Source: Entomortierella parvispora E1425
Taxonomy: Eukaryota; Fungi; Mortierellomycota
Length of the DNA stretch: 64,000 nucleotides
NCBI GenBank assembly: GCA_020891255.1
Contig: BQFW01000004.1
Location: 620,001 to 684,000, forward strand
Reading direction: 5' to 3'
A program made the position numbers and the translations under genes. Below, piece after piece: positions 10,582 to 24,942 of the stretch. The notes beneath the pieces were generated by a model. The model was not told where the DNA came from. It searched no databases and was given only the letters and a program-made list of their open reading frames with translations. Numbering within the stretch: the stretch's first letter is position 1; every line of letters begins with the position of its first letter.

Positions 10582-13500
10582 AAGAGATGGCGAGATGAGA
10601 AGGTCGAGAGATGGATTGATGCAAAGAAGAGAGAACAAGAGAAGAAGAGAAGAGAAGAGCAAGCTGAAATAGAAGAAAGAAGGAAGAGGCTCGGACGAGA
10701 GGAGAGAACAAGTCAATCGCATATGATCGCGTGTGGGATGCTGATGGAGGGTGCGATTGAATCGGACTGAATAGGCTCCGCTGCCCGGACTGACTCGCCA
10801 AGAGCAACAACTCTGTTTTCGGACCCTTCCTTGCCGTCCCTCCTTCGCCTGCTTCCCTTCCTTCCTACATCTCCCTGCGATCAAGGCCGTGGGGTGGGGT
10901 TGGCCGGAAGTACCCTTGCTCTGCCTCCCTTTGTTCCTGTCTTCGGGCCTGCTCATTCCTTGTATCTCATTCCTTCGGTGGGTCGTAGGCATGGGCGTGG
11001 GTGGTATTATTTCTCCTTTCCTCTCCTTCCTTCCCCCCTTCACTCCGTATGTGTGAGAGAGAGCGAGCGAGTTTTTAGATCAGTACATATGTACCTACCA
11101 GTGTACATGTACATTGACCAGCATCATCGAGCAGCAACCAGTCCTCTCTCCTCTCGGAGCAAAACAGCAGTTGGGCCAACAGTCCCGACTTTGCTCTGGA
11201 CCAGTCAATGACCATGGAGGGAAATCCTTCCAGCGCCCTTTTGTCAACACCCCTGTTTTTTGCAGTGCTTCTAGCTGCAAAATAAGCCTCTCGCCAGTGG
11301 TGTGCGGACGGACAGGGTCAAAAAAAAAGACAGAGACCGTTGAGACAAGACGGGCTAGGACCATTGGCCAGAACCTCATGGCCACTTTCGCCGTTTTGTG
11401 CTGCAAAAGGTGAGACTGTCAAAATCGATGCCCTCACGTCCCTCTTCTTGTCATGTCACTGGGTCGTCGCTATCCAACCCTCGAAACAGGCAAACAGTGC
11501 GCACGCGCATTGCCCGCAAGGTCTTGCTGATAGACTGCCTGGGAACAGCCTTATCTTTCATGGCACGCTGCCCCTCTCTTTCACTCAATCTACCTATCTG
11601 TCTATCGCCGAGACATCGCAGACAGCAGACAAAAAATCGATAGCTGGCTAGATTCTCGCTCCTCTGGATCGATCGATCTCCACAAGCGTCACTACAGTAA
11701 CAAGGGCTTGAGAAAATCAAAGCAGCAACGGTGTGGATGCACAAGAATAGTGATCGTCTCCAAAAGACATGGACAAGAAGGAGAGCCTCCGTCTCCCCAA
11801 GGCCGATAGACGATGGGGATTGGCTGATACGCCTCCGAGATCCTCTCGTCTCGCACTGTGATTTGCTGGGAGAGGGAGACCTTTTTTTATTTGTTGTTTG
11901 CCACTCTGCGCTCTCGAAGGCAGTTGCTCTTCTCCCTCGTTGCAAACCGTGGCACGCCAATTGATCCTCGAACAAACAAAAGTGTCACTCGTCAGGAGGA
12001 AGAGGAGCTGCCAGCCTAACTGTCACTTCTCATCCGTGCCGCTGTGTTGTTAAGGCGAATTGTCACTTGTCAGCGAACCAAACATGCACATGCCTGTAGA
12101 TTAGTAGCTTTACTTGCTGGACAGGTGTTGACCTTGTCAAGCTGACAAGAGGTTTCTTTGTGAGGTTTCTTTGTGTTCATTTCCTGAAACGATCAGAAGA
12201 ACTAAATGGTACAACGTGACCCTCCATTGCAACCATGCATCACCTCCACAAAAAAAAAAAAGATACACCTTCCATGCTCAACCAAATATCTCATCACGTT
12301 GCTCTCTTCTCGTAATTAAAAAAATGTGTGCCACGCCAGGGTGACCTATCCTTGCATGCAGGAGAGCTCATCTGGTCGTCTTGATTCTCGGCAGTCGTTC
12401 CGCTCCTCTGTTTCTTTTTCTATTCTCTCTCTTCCCTTCTTTCTCCTGTGGAACACGTCAGGAGTACATAGTGCACCAGAAATGAACATTGACAAAGAAA
12501 GCTCAATGGGCTACTTGATGGGCTTGGGCTGTTATTGTAGTGTATGATTGGAGGAACAGTTTTGTTGCAATCGATCATCCATTGTCGACACCCATGCAAT
12601 CTGCTGCCAAAGTAATGTCTTTTTGAGTTGGGTTTAGCCACGTTGTGATTGTGTCGCGTCTATTCTTGCGATACGATAGATGGGGAGCATGCGAGATGTC
12701 ATTTCAGGGGGGAAATCAACCTTATACCAGCAGGTCAGAAAGGTCTTGGCGCGGGGTTATTGATTGGTGCTTAATGGTCCCTGCCAAGTTGTGTGGTGGC
12801 TAGTGAATACAGTGGTAGTGGTGGTGGTGATGATGGAAGTCAAGCACATTTGATTTGTGAAGTGAGACAGGCATGGTGAAGTCAGGCACAATACCTCGGT
12901 CTGCCGCGAAAGGTTTACGGGCCACCGCGAGACAGGCCGATAAAAATAATGTGGTCAGGAACACCAATCAAGAGCGATCAAGTACTCGATGATCGCCAAA
13001 CGTTTTTGAGAGATAACGGTCTAGACTTGCTGGTACCTCTTCCTGTAGGCCAATAACCCTCTGGTTCCTGACCATTATGTCACCATGGCGCCCCTCAGAC
13101 AGATGACCAGTGGCACAACCCAATGAGAGTGCAAGCCCGGCATGCGCCAGTGTCGCTGCTCATGGGAACAGTCGTTTGTGCACCCATCGCCTCTTCTACC
13201 GCAGAAGGGTCGCTTCCGTATCTCCTGGTGGCTGATGGCACAATAAATATAGCCATTTTTTTTTGAAGCAAGGTATCCTCCCGTCACTTGACCATGTCCG
13301 TTGTGCTCAATTCTCGGCGACACCCACCATGTGACCAGTCACTTGATGTGCAATTTCTCATGCTGCACAGTCTTGCGGCCGTTGCATGATTGTGCACAAC
13401 AAGTGGCAGAAGATGTCCAACATGGTTTCCAGAGAATAAGCAGATGTCGACTTTGGTGAACAGAAGTACCAAACGCGCGAACTCCTTTATTCACCATAAC

Positions 13501-14566
13501 CTCACTCCCCTGGTGACGACAATCCTGCAAAAATACGTCAGCCTGCAGGAGCTATGAAAAGGGGCCGGTAGTCAGCTTGATGTGTGATCCCCCACTTTCA
13601 GGAGACGGCGAGTCCCAAGTCTGGATCCTATTGACTGTGAGCATGTTGTGCTACATGGGCTTGCTGGTGGCAGTTGGACTTTACTTTCTCGTTGAAGTGA
13701 ACATGCATTACCTTCCTCGCCGAAATACGTTTAAGAAGGGCTCCTTCTTGCCGCACTCATAGCAACACCCTTCTTCACGTGAGATGGATTCGTTTTCTTG
13801 CTTCTCCACGCCAATCCCGAAATCGTGATCTCGGGAGCGATTGCTCCGGGAGGCAAAGAAAAGGAGAAAAAAAAGGGTTGCCTGTTTGTTTGTCTGTCTG
13901 TCTGTCTGATGGCCGTCCGTTATCTCTGTGCTCAAAAGTGTTTTTGCCTATGCCACTCGCATCAGATGCGCTCATCTTTCTCCTCCTCAGTTGGCCGAGT
14001 TGGCCTCTCTGTCCTACCCTTGTGTCCGATTGCTATCTCTCTGTCGCTGAGCAGACCACAAACCCAGGAAGGCGCGTGTTCTTGCCCTGGAAGGCGCTTT
14101 TCTTTCATGCGACTTTCCGCCCTGATCTTTCCGATGGCATCTTGCCGTATCCATGTGTTTGCTCTCCATCCCTTGACCTTTTGTTTTCATGGAGAAGAAC
14201 TCTCAAGTCCCCTGCTTTTTTTTTCTGCGCCCTCTCTGTGTTCATGCTTGTTTGCTCCAGCATCGTTGCTGGCTCTAGCAGGCCATTGATCGTTTCACTG
14301 CCTCCTCAAACCCCCCTCACATCCTTTTATCCTCGCTCTCCCGTCTTTCGTTATCTTCTTTCTCTTCTCTTTCTTTCTTCTTTTTCTCCCTTTCATCCAC
14401 AAGCAGCCGAATAGATAAACCCCTTCCACACACACACCGGACCACTTCTCCTCTTCCACTTCCTCCATATTCAACTCCACACGACAGTTATCTGCCTGCA
14501 TCGCCTCCCCTCCGGCTCCAGATCCCAAGCTCCCGTTATCTTATCTGCTCATTTAACATCGTCATC

Positions 14567-14860
14567 ATGTCGTCGATCCTCAACGTCCTTCGCTCGGCCC
14601 CCACGCCCACGCGTCACTTTACGTCCCTGCAGATTGTCAGCTCGGTCAAGTCCCAGTCGTCCGCCTTTAACCCGGAGCACCACCCAATTGTGCTCCAGCA
14701 ATTGGTCGAGTCCCTGTCTCCCAAATCTTACCTGGCTTCGAGCTCGACCGCGTCCGCTGTCAAGGAGTCTTTCTCAGGCAAGGCTGCTGCCAAGGCTACC
14801 GCTGGCACTGCCAGTGCTACCACACCTGCCTCCAACCAGAATGCTTCGGATAAGTTGTAA
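14567..14860 (+). CDS. Small hypothetical protein (97 aa), possible mitochondrial presequence
   Basis: ATG ORF after a pyrimidine-rich leader, with C-ending codon bias like the housekeeping genes. The N-terminus MSSILNVLRSAPTPTRHFTS is Ser/Arg-rich and lacks acidic residues. Confidence 0.55.
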   Translation: MSSILNVLRSAPTPTRHFTSLQIVSSVKSQSSAFNPEHHPIVLQQLVESLSPKSYLASSSTASAVKESFSGKAAAKATAGTASATTPASNQNASDKL

Positions 14861-15799
14861 AAAAAACTATGGTGTAGTTTTGTCTCTCGTCTCTCTTGCC
14901 TTGCCATAATCAATGATTTTGGTTTGGCCATCCTTTGTACATTATGGACTTTATGTCTCTTCTCTCTCCCCTCTGTCTCTTTCGCGTTAGCACTACGCCT
15001 CATACCTTGTAAATATTGAAAAGGAATAAAAAATAAATAAAAAAAGACTTTTACTCTCCTTTCTGTGCGAAGTGTGCCTTCATCCTGTATCTGCGTTGGT
15101 AGAGTAGGCTGTGGAGAGGGTGAAGGGAGTCAAACATGCGCGTCTGCCGTAATAAGAAGAGGAGGAAAGTGGTATCAAAAATGCTCGACCTGCGATCTCC
15201 TACTGTTCTCTTCTCCACAACGAAAGGAATGAGGAAGGGGGCTGGGTATTTTGCAAGGTGCTACAAAGCGAAAAGAGAAAACGGTAAAGCGAGTCCATCC
15301 CGACCCTTTTTTTCGCCACGGGTCACTTGGATCTCAAAAACCTCTCTACTGCTGCAGGGTCCTCCTTCCTCCTCCTTTGGCAAGTGGCCAAGTTTTTTTT
15401 CTTCTTTTGAACTTATTTATTTTTCTTTGAGCATTCTACGACCACGACCTTCTTGACAGCCGCCGCGAGACTGAGAGAGAGACAGCCTGGGACTCTTAAC
15501 AAATGGTGACGAGTCGTACCTGGAACAGCGCGAAATGCGGGGATGCCAATGGAATTCAGCCCATTGCATCAGAGCCATCTCTCTCTTTTCTCTTTCTTAC
15601 TCCTCCTCCTCTTCCTCAAAGGACACTGCCATCGGCAGTAAGAACAGTCAGCAGTAAACCAGCGCTGAGTACCAATGACTAGATCAAATGATCGGCGAAA
15701 GTGCTGTGTAAAAGGCGCTGAGCCGGCAGGAGCAAAAAAGAGCTCAATCCCCGGCAAAAAATAGCCCAAGCAAACTCCTCTGCAGCCAACAACCAGTTG

Positions 15800-15885
15800 C
15801 TCATTCTCCTCCTCATTCTCCTCCTCATTCTCCTCCTCATTCTCCTCCTCATTCTCACTCCTCATTCTCACTCCTCATTCTCATC
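15800..15885. repeat. 12-13 bp minisatellite (CTCATTCTCCTC) x7
   Basis: Four exact 12-mers followed by three variants, ~200 nt upstream of the LRR gene. Confidence 0.9.
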
Positions 15886-16091
15886 CTTTTTTTTGTTTTG
15901 ATCTGTTTGCTGCAGGCATTGCTCTGCTTTTGCTCTGCCTCTCTCCGTCTGTCTGGTCGTGCTACTCATCCAACACACCTCTCGGACCAGAGTCTGCTCG
16001 CAAGGACACTTGCGACTCACCAAGGAGCCAAACAACAAGGCCATAGCTTGCACAGTGTCAATACTCTTATACCCAGGCGTGCTCCTGCGCC

Positions 16092-19000
16092 ATGGCACTA
16101 TGGCCCGAAAACGACTTTCACAATCTTGACAGCTCCGTCTTAGCGCCATTCAGGACACCCTTGCCTCTTCAGTTGCCTTCACTTCAATCGCATCAGCATG
16201 ATACACAAGACGATGATGGGGACAATGCCAATTGCAGTTTCTCCAGCATGAGCCTCAATATAAATGAGAAGAGGCTGTCCAGAGACAATCAACTGAAAGA
16301 TGATCCAACTCCGAGGATAGAAGGCTCTTCTGATACCATCCTGCATGGCGGACGATCTCCGTCAAGGTACGAACTTGACAGAGCAAATGGCCAGATATTG
16401 TTCTGGTTTTATTTTGGAAAACTGGTCTAAACATCTCTCTTTTCCTTTTCTCACCTCTTCCTTGCGCTTTTCCTTGCAGTGCTGGTGATAACAACAACAT
16501 GTTCGAGCTTCTCCCGCTGAAGAACACCGCGACAGATCGACAACTGGAGGCACGGATCCGCGATGCATCACTTCATCCCCTGCACCGCCATGATGATCGG
16601 TCAATAGCAGACCTTGGCATTTTGTCACCGCCAGTCCAGGAGCCGCGACCTTCCAAATCAACACGCCAAAGTCAAATCAAGACAGAAAAACGACCATCAA
16701 TTACCACGCCCATTGAAGTGGCCGAATTGGAGCGTATTCGTGCCGTTGTCCAGGCTTTTCTCTGTCAACGACCTTCGATTCATGAATACACTGTGCCTCG
16801 CCTATTTATTGTGCTTCCAGATGACATGCCTGAAAAGTCATCAGATCGGGACTCAGATTCCACTGGGCGGCGGGATCCATTCAAAGGCCCCGTGCGATAT
16901 CGACTCTATTTTCTATGTGAATGCAGCAACAGCTTTACATTACCACTAGGGAGCGGACTGAATCACCTGCACATTGCAAAGCACGGTGGCTACGGTATTG
17001 ATCCCAGTCGTCAGGAAGAGTTCTTCAATCGGTTTGGCCAAATGATCTTGACACTCTTGATCTTTCTGAAGCACGGACACCATCCAGAGGAGAGCTTGGC
17101 GCCGCAGAACGAAGAGTTACCGGACATGGTGTTGAAGCGAGTCGACAAACTCTCAAGCTTGAAGAAGGCTGATCTGCCAGACTCTATCGTCCCTCACCTG
17201 GATCAAAGAGTCAACAAAATGTTAAACTTTCTGGAGCGATTCAGGGAGACGCCTGAACTGCAAAATTTTCTTGGCGGCGAAAAGAGCGACACTCAAACCT
17301 CGAAGAAAAGACGAAGCAACAGCCTAGGCCTCCATGGGCTGAGTACGTTAGCCGATCTCCATCACCTCTACTCTTTTCTCGGGATCGCCAACGCCAGCGT
17401 TAGATATCAATCAGGACAGCTTGGAAACTTGTACCGGATCGGCAACGCGAGGGGTCAGGTCAGCTGGGTGTGCGTATACCATTATCGATGGACATTCCTG
17501 GAAAAGAACATTGATGAGTTTGAGCGATGGATCGTTACCCGCAGGGGCTTTTTCGACAAACAAACAGGATCGGTATCTATCTCGCTGGTTTCTCGCCAGC
17601 ATGCAAGAACTTTTTGTTCCTGGGTCTCTAACAAGGTCGCGCCGTCCTTGGTCGAGATCCATGTGAAATTGGGATGGAAGTATGGCAAGAATGACCTCAA
17701 AAGACTTGCCGAGACGCTTGCGGATTCTACCGTGACGGTATTGACCCTGGATGGGTGCTCTACCGAAGATGACTCGACCTACAAGATTTTCCACAAAAAA
17801 TACGACCCGATCCTCCATCTGCTCGCTCAAGGACAAATTCAGTCCCTAACACTACTGCACCTGCCCTCCTTCTTCACTCGACTTTCGCCAAAGGTTGTCC
17901 ATGCGCCGTCTCTCCGTCGACTAGAACTTGGGTTTGGAATGACCGTGGACCGGACAGATCAGAGATCCTTTATCAGCTTTCTGGCGTCATGTTCATCGCT
18001 TCAGGAACTGAGTCTTCCTGGTCTCTCGGTTTCCGATTTGCAGATGACGGCAGTCCTTGCTGGGGTGAAGAAAAATGAAAACTTGACAACCTTGGACATA
18101 TCTAGTAGCTGTCTTGATGACGGGGCTGCGATTATTCTGGCACAGGGACTCTTCAACACGGGTGTCTGTCACCTGGATCTATCCAAGAACGAACAATTAA
18201 GCGATGCTGGCGCGGCAAGGGTTATCAGAGCCATTGGACCAAAGCTAACTAGTCTAAAGATGGCACAAACAGGGTTTGGGGATCAGGCAGCGGCAGCACT
18301 TGCCAAGAGCATGGATGGGATCTCGATCAAACATACTCTGCGGGACCAGCTTCAACTTCAACATCGGCTGGACGTAGCGGCACTGACCGCAGGACATCGA
18401 CCTGGCTTGCGAGTTAGGGTTGGTGATGTGCCTCTAACATACCCCGAGTCATCATATTCTCGAGAGCAGACCCATACAGTGGGACATTTGGTTTATCTGG
18501 ACATTGAAGACAATCAATGTACTGCAGAAGGATTTCGGTCATTGGCAAGCATCAAGTCACGGTTCTATCTTCTATATCTGAATTTGGCAGGCAGTTGTGA
18601 CCTTGGAGACGAGGATTGTGGGCTTATTATGGAAAAAATGGCCAGTTCAGCCATGGTAACTCTCCGACTTTCTTGTACGGGATTTGGCAATGCATCGGCT
18701 CTCGCGCTCGCCCACGCCATTAAGACAAACCCGCCCGGAACTCGCGCTACGGACGGTCGGTCATCTGTACATTGTCGATTGGAGGAACTGGATCTACAGG
18801 GCTGCCCGATAGGTTCAGAAGGGTTTGTCGCACTGCAGGAGGCGTTTTCTGAAGTGCAGGCGTTTTCGAGTTTAAAGATACTGGATCTGGGACACTGCGG
18901 GTCGTTACAAGGCGACATGTCGGTGCAACTCTTGAAGACTTTTTTGATTCCAAACGGTGTGGAACGTTTATCCGATGTTCCTTCAATGAATCAATCTCGA

Positions 19001-20437
19001 CGCTCATCCGCCATTCTGCGGTCAGTATCCGCAGCGGGGGTGACTAGGAATCGATCGATTGTGGACGGACTGGAGCCTGGTCGGTGGGCCCACTATCGGT
19101 CAGACTCTACTCCTGTCGTTTCATCCACTCGGAAGGATGAAGTGGAATTGCATGAACTCCGGGAACCCCTAGTCGACTTCCCTCCAACGACAGTCCTTCC
19201 TCTCGTTGGTGGCTTTTTTACAAACATGCGTCAGCTGGACTTGAAGAGCACAAACATCGGCGACAACTCTGCCTGGCTACTATCCCAAGCTCTGATCCAG
19301 CCTTGGATCCTTTTGGAGTCACTCACAGTGCTGGAACCTGCTTTGATGACAAGCCAAGGGCTTACTTGGATCATCGATGCCCTCCGCGAGAACACGACTG
19401 TGACGGAATTTGGGATCGGAAAAAGCGGCTTTCAACACTCTTCCGATCTGGATCTCTTTGGGTCTGGACTCGTCAACCTAATGGAGGTCAACAAACATCT
19501 TCGGATATTAACCACATTAGGGGCGCCATTGGGAGCAATCGCCAAGGGACTATTGTTAAATCACGGTCTTCATTCCATGTACTTGATTCGATCCAAAGGA
19601 CAGTTGGAGGATCTTCAGATGATGGGCCAAGCACTAGGCTTTAATCGTACACTGCTGGTATTCTGGATGGGAGGCTCGGACGACTCCCTCTTTGGCTCAA
19701 CAATGAGATCCGACATGACAACAGCCAGTGCATTCAAAAATCGACAACAACAGTCGCAACACACAGCAGCCGAGAACACATTCCGCAACTTCCATATGCA
19801 GCTTCAGGAGCAACTTCAGGAAGGGGGAAATAACCAGGGTCGGTCCTTCTACAAGAAGATGGGTTCAGCCCTCCGTGCTGGACTTGGATCACTCTCTTCC
19901 AACAACTCTTCTTCACGGTTCACCAGTAGCCGACAATCGTCGCGACGCCATGCACGCACGTTCATGACTCAAGTTACGCCCACCAAGGCGCGCCAGAGTC
20001 GTACTAATAGTAACAGCGGCGGCGGTAGCGGTCATGGCGGGTCGCGGTCGAAACATAGTCATACAGCAGGTGGGGTATTAAGTGCGACCAGTTGGACACG
20101 CAACCCTCTGATTGATGGAATCCGTAGGAACCACAGCCTCATCAAGGTTACGTTAGATACAACCCCGCCTTCGGGACCTTCTACAGCCGCCATAGGAGCC
20201 GCGTCACGGGCGAGTACCTGGAGCTCTAATACGAACACGACGGCCAAGGTACAGGACGCGGGCCGAGGCGGAGGCCATGCTCAGGATCAGATTCAACTGT
20301 TTCAACACGAGTTGGTGCAGAAAAAAATCATGGCTAACCGAAAGCTGTTGAGGGAAAGAGGTCGAGTTGGTGTGGACGAACTTCGGCTTCTAGGCGTGGA
20401 CGACGATGTGATCCGTGAGGTCTGCCACGCTCAATAA
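16092..20437 (+). CDS. Large RNI-like leucine-rich-repeat protein (~1410 aa)
   Basis: Exons 16092-16366 and 16480-20437 (GTACGA..GCAG intron, frame kept). Many LxxLxLxxN/CxIxxxG(A) repeats (LTTLDISSSCLDDGAA, LEELDLQGCPIGSEG, MRQLDLKSTNIGDNSA). The N-terminal region has YRLYFLCEC..HIAKHGGY and GNLYR..WVCVYHY motifs. The start codon choice is uncertain. Confidence 0.8.
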
Positions 20438-20609
20438 AAAGAAAAAAAGTAGTGACTGCCTTAATTTCGATAACAAATAAGCCACAAAAAAAAAAAAAAA
20501 AAAAAAAAGATAAGTTACCTCGGAGTTGCCATTGCATGCAAACCTCAGCTGCTTCTCCATCCTCCATCTCGCCCATCTCTCCCATCTCCATATCCCCCCT
20601 GGCATCACG

Positions 20610-23600
20610 ATGGATGAGCACTTTGCCAAGATTAGGACCCAGCTGGCGTCCAAGCTGGCGAACCAGCAGATGCACGCCACCACTCTTCTCGCCGTTGAGG
20701 AGGTACTACCACAAAAGAGCCTTATGCCTTTCGCCATTGAACCATCACCACCTCTGAGGTCAGGGGAGGACGACCATTGCCCCACTTACTGACAACCTTT
20801 CCCGTTGCTATTTTGTCCTTGTATAGACTTTGAAGGAACAAGGTGCCGAGATTACACCTACTGCCTACTTTGCCACTTTGGTAAATTTCATGTTCTCCTG
20901 TATACAGTTTCCCAGTACCTGCCTGAAAGGACATGACAGGACTAATCGCCAAATATGCCTCTCTTCAACTAGATGTCCCTTCTTGACCAGCAAAAGGATG
21001 ACCCTGAGGTCGAGGAAATGAGGGCCGCGATCCTCAACCTCTTGGCTATTGTCTTCCCCAAGTAAGAGCCTCAAGGAATGGTCCAAAAGCTGCTCATCGC
21101 AGACGAACCTTGCCCAATGCTGACTGTCCTTCATTTTATTTTACAGCGTTCCTGTCAGCGTCCTCCGTTCGCAGTACACTGCTACCTTGAGCGTCATCAC
21201 AACTATCCTGGCCCTTCAACCCCCACCTACAGCCCCCTCTCTGCGCTCTTTGGTTACTTGCTTGGAATATCTCTTGATTGCACAGGATCAGACAACATGG
21301 AACCACACTACGACCTTGAAGGCCCTCCAGACCCTCCTCATTCTTTCCTTGGACTCTCGCCCAAAGCCTAGAAAGCGCGCTCAGGAGGCAGTCCGCAACA
21401 TTGTCACTCGCCCACCCCTGATGATGTTGGTTCACCCAGGCATGAAGGTTGTTGTCCAAACCACCTTGCAGATCCTCAAGGAATCTGGAAACGGTGTCGC
21501 TGGCGCTGCTGGAGCCAAGGATAAGGACAACGCCACTCAGATGATCTTGCATACTCTTCAACTTGTCCGCATGGTCGGAAAGGCCTGGCCTGCAGAGGTA
21601 ACGATACAACAACAAACGAATAGAGATTGACCGCCATGATATGAAAGCCCTGAAAAATGCTAACCTTTGGCTCTGCATCACCTGTTCCTATAGCAATTCC
21701 TTCCCCTCTGCGATATCCTTCTTCATCTTCCTAAACTCAACAACGCCTTCCTCACATCCTCCGCTTTCCAAGTTTTCGAGTCTTTGCTTTCCCCCAAGGA
21801 TTCGCCCGATGCCCCCGCTGTCGTTCATCAGGAAGAGCCTGCCGGTCAGGCTCCTGTCGAGACCATGGATCAGATCGCCTCCAGACTCGCCAAGGTCACT
21901 GAGGTTATGACCGCTGTTCTGGAGCTCAAGCCCAACGCCAACGATGCCACCCTCATGCCCTTGTGGTTGGATGTTGTCCGCGCTGGATTTGTCGAGTCGT
22001 CGAGATTGCAGAAGTTGATGACTGCTGGAGGTCATGGTGCCCAGATCCCCCAGGAGGCTGTTGTCCCACTGATTCAGCTCTTCAAGGTCATCTTCCCCAA
22101 CTTGGACTCCTCTAACCCCGTCTCTGTTCATAACGCCACTGTCGACTGTCTCAAGAACCTTATCTCGCACTGCATTACGGATGAGATGATCGATCTTGCC
22201 GTGCAGGAGATGAAGAAGAACCGTGGACAACAACCCGATAAGAAGAAGCGCAACGTGATCGACACCATCTCTACCACCATCAAGGGAGGATTCGACATTC
22301 GTTACCAGAGCTCTTGGTTGGGAATTCTCGATATCTTGAAGACTCTTTTCGAACGTCTCAACCATGCTGCCAACCCCTTGTTGGTCTCTTTCCTTCCTTT
22401 AATCGACGAACTTCGCTTCACCCCCGCATTCACACAAAAGGCTCATTTGGACGTTGTCTTGTCGACCGCCATCAGCACCGTCGGACCCCGTATCTTCTTG
22501 GACACTTTGCCCTTGAACATTGATAACCCTGAAGAGCGTAAGCGTGGTCGTGCTTGGCTGTTGCCCTTGCTCAAGAGCTCTGTCACCAACACTGAGCTTG
22601 AGTACTTTGCCACGACCTTGATCCCTTTGGCCGATCGTTTGAACCAGAAGGCTCAGGAGTGCCGTGAGAACGGTATGATGAAGAAGGTCTACGAGACCTT
22701 GATTGGTCAGGTCTGGAGTCTTGTCAGTGGATTCTGCGATTTGCCAGTGGATCTGGAGATGGCCTTCACCAAGCAGATTGCTGAGCGTTTCAGCAACGTC
22801 TTGTACTCTGTGCCCGATCTCCGCCCTGTTCTCTGCCAGGCCTTGACTGCCTTGGTCGTGCGCAACCAGGCCATTGTGGCAAGCTCAGAAACCGATGAAG
22901 TTTTGGAGCGCAAGTTTTTGATCACTAAGGAGGAAGCCAGTCGCAACATTGAGCTTTTGCAGCAATATGCTCGCCCTTACCTTATGGTGTTCTTCAACAT
23001 CTTCCAGGCTACTCTTCCCCAGTTCCGTGGATACTTGCTGGAAGTTATGAGAATGTACCTGAGCATCTCGACCCCTACAGACTTGCAGGAGACCTTCTCT
23101 GCAGTTTTGGTTCAGTTGAACACAGCCCTCACGACCGTCCAGCCCCCTGTCCAGCAAGGAGATGCTCCCCCAGTTTCCCACAACCTCATGGATCTTGCCG
23201 ACATCATGGTTCCCTATGTTGATGCCCAAAGCATGTCCAACCTCTACTCTGTTGTTGCATCGCTCTTTGCCAACGATGCCGACGCTGCTCTTCAAAAGAA
23301 GGCCTATAAGATTGTGAACTCGATGGCCGAAACCGAGACTGGCCGTGTGGTCTTGAAGACCAACTTGGAGGAATTGATGCGCAACATTTTGGATACCACG
23401 GCCGCCGCCACGGCGACTGCAAAGCGCGCTCGTTTGTCTTTGATTGGCCAGGTTATCTCGCTTTTGGAGCCCACCGATCTTTACTTTATCCCTTCGATTT
23501 TGTCCGAGGTTGTTGTGGCCACCAAGGAAGTCAATGAGAAGACCCGTGATGTTGCCTATGCACTTTTGGTTGCTATGGGTCACAAGATGAAGGCTGGAGG

Positions 23601-24942
23601 TGTCATCTCGTCTGAGCGTGTTGGCGACATGGAGGGAGGTGCCGTCGAGACCCCTGCCACCATTAGCGAGTACTTCACAATGGTTACTGCCGGTTTGGCT
23701 GGTACCACCCCTCACATGGTCTCTGCTGCGATTACCTCCCTTTCGAGACTCTTGTTTGAGTTCCATAAGGATTTAGAGCCCTCGATGGTTTCAGAGATGA
23801 TTGGAACCATGCACCTGTTTGTCAACTCGTCCAACCGAGAGATTGTCAAGTCTGCCTTGGGCTTCATCAAGGTCACGACTGTCAGTTTGGATGTGGAGGT
23901 TGTCCGTGGTCATTTGCAAGAAATTGTCGGAGGTATGATTCGCTGGAGTCACGAACACAAGGGCCACTTCAAGGTCAAGGTTCGTCATATCTTGGAGCGT
24001 CTTGTTCGTCGTTTCGGATACGATGATGTGGTCGCTTTCGTTCCTGAGGCCGACAAGAAGCTTTTGATCAACATCAAGAAGCGTCGCGAGCGTGCTAAGC
24101 GTAACAAGAAGAACGGCAACTCTGGCATGGACATGGATGGTGAGGAAGAGGAAGAGGAGACTGATGCCAAGAAGTCGACCAAGCCCTTGTACATGCAGAC
24201 CAACTTTGGAAGCGCTTATGAGGATGCTCTTTACGGAAGTGAGAGTGATCTCAGTGACGACGACGAGGATGAGGAGGGCGCCGAAGGCAAGGCCCAACAA
24301 AAGAAGTCCAACAAGAAGAAACAGGGAGCCGAAGCCTGGATCAAGGAGGACGGTGATACCCCCCTCGACTTTTTGGACCGTAATGTGGTCTCGCGCGTCA
24401 CTGCTTCCCACCCAAGCACACAGACTGCTCGTAAGGTCAAAGACTTGTCCTCGGCCTTCAAGACGTCTTCGGATGGCAAGTTGATGATCGAGGACAGCGA
24501 TGATGAGGAAAGTAACGGTGCTGGTGAGGAGGAGGAGATTGATGAGACGGCCATGGAAATGGACCAGGCCGAGAACAACTACCTGGAGTCCTTGCGATCT
24601 GTGGATGGATTCACGCGTGGCCAGGGAGGAAAGATCAAGTTCAACAAGACCAACAAACGTGGTGCGGGCAAGGATGATGATACCGAGATGACTGAAGGCG
24701 GCGCTGGCCCCATCCGCTCCAAGGGAGTGTCTGGCAAGGACCAGCGTGCACCAGCCAAGCTCTTGGGCCAGGACTTCAAGGCCAAGAAGGCAGGTGGTGA
24801 TGTGAAGAAGAAGGGCCGTGTGGATCCTTACGCCTACGTGCCATTGACGTCCCTTCGCAAGGGTGCCAAGGAGGGTCTGAGCTTGACAAACAAGAGCAAG
24901 CAGGACAAGCGCAAGGGAGGCAAGCCCGGAAGACGGTCATAG
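20610..24942 (+). CDS. RRP12: Ribosomal RNA-processing protein 12 (NUC173/HEAT)
   Basis: Exons 20610-20702, 20827-20880, 20973-21061, 21147-21597, 21694-24942, all in frame. Motifs RAWLLPLLK, WSLVSGFCDLP, TPHMVSA, NREIVKSALGFIKV, HFKVKVRHILERLVRRFG, and an acidic/basic tail with DVKKKGRVDPYAY. Confidence 0.97.

Noticed and set aside
11000-14400. Numerous 60-210 aa ORFs in this interval
   Set aside because: No consistent codon bias, splice chain or motif; treated as intergenic or UTR, although small or noncoding genes cannot be excluded.
21136-24785. Long antisense ORFs overlapping RRP12 (e.g. 21688-22365, 22885-23766, 23791-24411)
   Set aside because: Shadow ORFs produced by the strong codon bias of the sense gene; no independent motifs.
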